From positions 1 to 25,910 of IMG/VR virus record IMGVR_UViG_3300032272_000065: a DNA stretch of 25,910 nt; one strand, given 5' to 3'. Position 1 is the first letter of the stretch; each line of letters begins with the position of its first letter. The notes below the pieces were generated by a model. That model was not told where the DNA came from, did no database searches, and was given only the letters and a program-made list of their open reading frames with translations. Made by a program: the position numbers and the translations under genes. This DNA comes from a virus (taxonomy: Duplodnaviria > Caudoviricetes). Shown here in pieces: positions 25,687 through 25,910 of the stretch.

Positions 25687-25893
25687 TTATCTCTTAATGA
25701 ATTGGTACTTCATATGCAGGCCGTCTCGTTTTACCTCTTCAGCATCTCCAATATTAAGGGCTAAATCAATTGTTCTCCTTGCTCGGTTATAACACCACAT
25801 CATCCTTCTCTGAACACATGAAACATTGAAAAGCTGCCCAATCTTAAATGATCTTTTCAGGTCGTACAGATCTTCTTTGCCGTCCATTTTCAT
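25687..25893 (-). CDS. Small basic protein, possible winged helix (FtsK gamma-like pattern)
   Basis: NVSCVQRRMMWCYNRARRTID resembles the S.S.LQR....GYNRAAR..D pattern; AAGGAG RBS. Confidence 0.6.
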   Translation of the reverse strand: MKMDGKEDLYDLKRSFKIGQLFNVSCVQRRMMWCYNRARRTIDLALNIGDAEEVKRDGLHMKYQFIKR

Positions 25894-25910
25894 ATCTCCT
25901 TAAATTTGAA

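Larger units (their letters stand above)
1..25910. mobile_element. Tailed phage/prophage genome segment, podovirus-type (BPP-1-like gene order)
   Basis: Gene order portal-scaffold-capsid-cement-adaptor-nozzle-ejection proteins-fibre-lysis on +, with convergent small early genes on -; no host housekeeping genes. Confidence 0.95.

Noticed and set aside
25542-25692. Possible 13th attC (CCTTAAC...AGTGCAAAGC / GCTTTACT...GTTATCT)
   Set aside because: Arm pairing is short, there is no extended stem, and only 5 bp match the upstream GTT; may be chance or a relic.
25901-25910. TTTGAA at the window end as the start of an AAC core matching GTTCAAT at 24377
   Set aside because: Truncated by the window edge and imperfect; needs flanking sequence.

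Overview
Fragment of a tailed dsDNA phage or prophage with a BPP-1-like podovirus layout. The + strand (1-19448) carries the late module: portal C-terminus, scaffold, major capsid, cement protein, tail adaptor and nozzle, three ejection proteins, tail fibre and receptor-binding genes, and a lysis cassette with an M15 peptidase endolysin and holins. A bidirectional terminator (~19451-19484) separates it from a convergent - strand run of small early/accessory genes. The main finding is at 19874-24383: an integron-like cassette array inside the phage, with an attI-like simple site followed by 12 attC-like sites that delimit 12 mostly ~260-430 bp cassettes. Each cassette's left GTT core is the 8-10 bp reverse complement of its own right-hand AAC core, the footprint expected from site-specific cassette integration. 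Unlike typical integrons, every ORF is antisense to the attC top strand. Six attC loops contain the start codon and N-terminus of the cargo protein, including a reused lipoprotein signal peptide. No integrase is visible in the window. All calls come from reading the sequence by eye; no searches were run.
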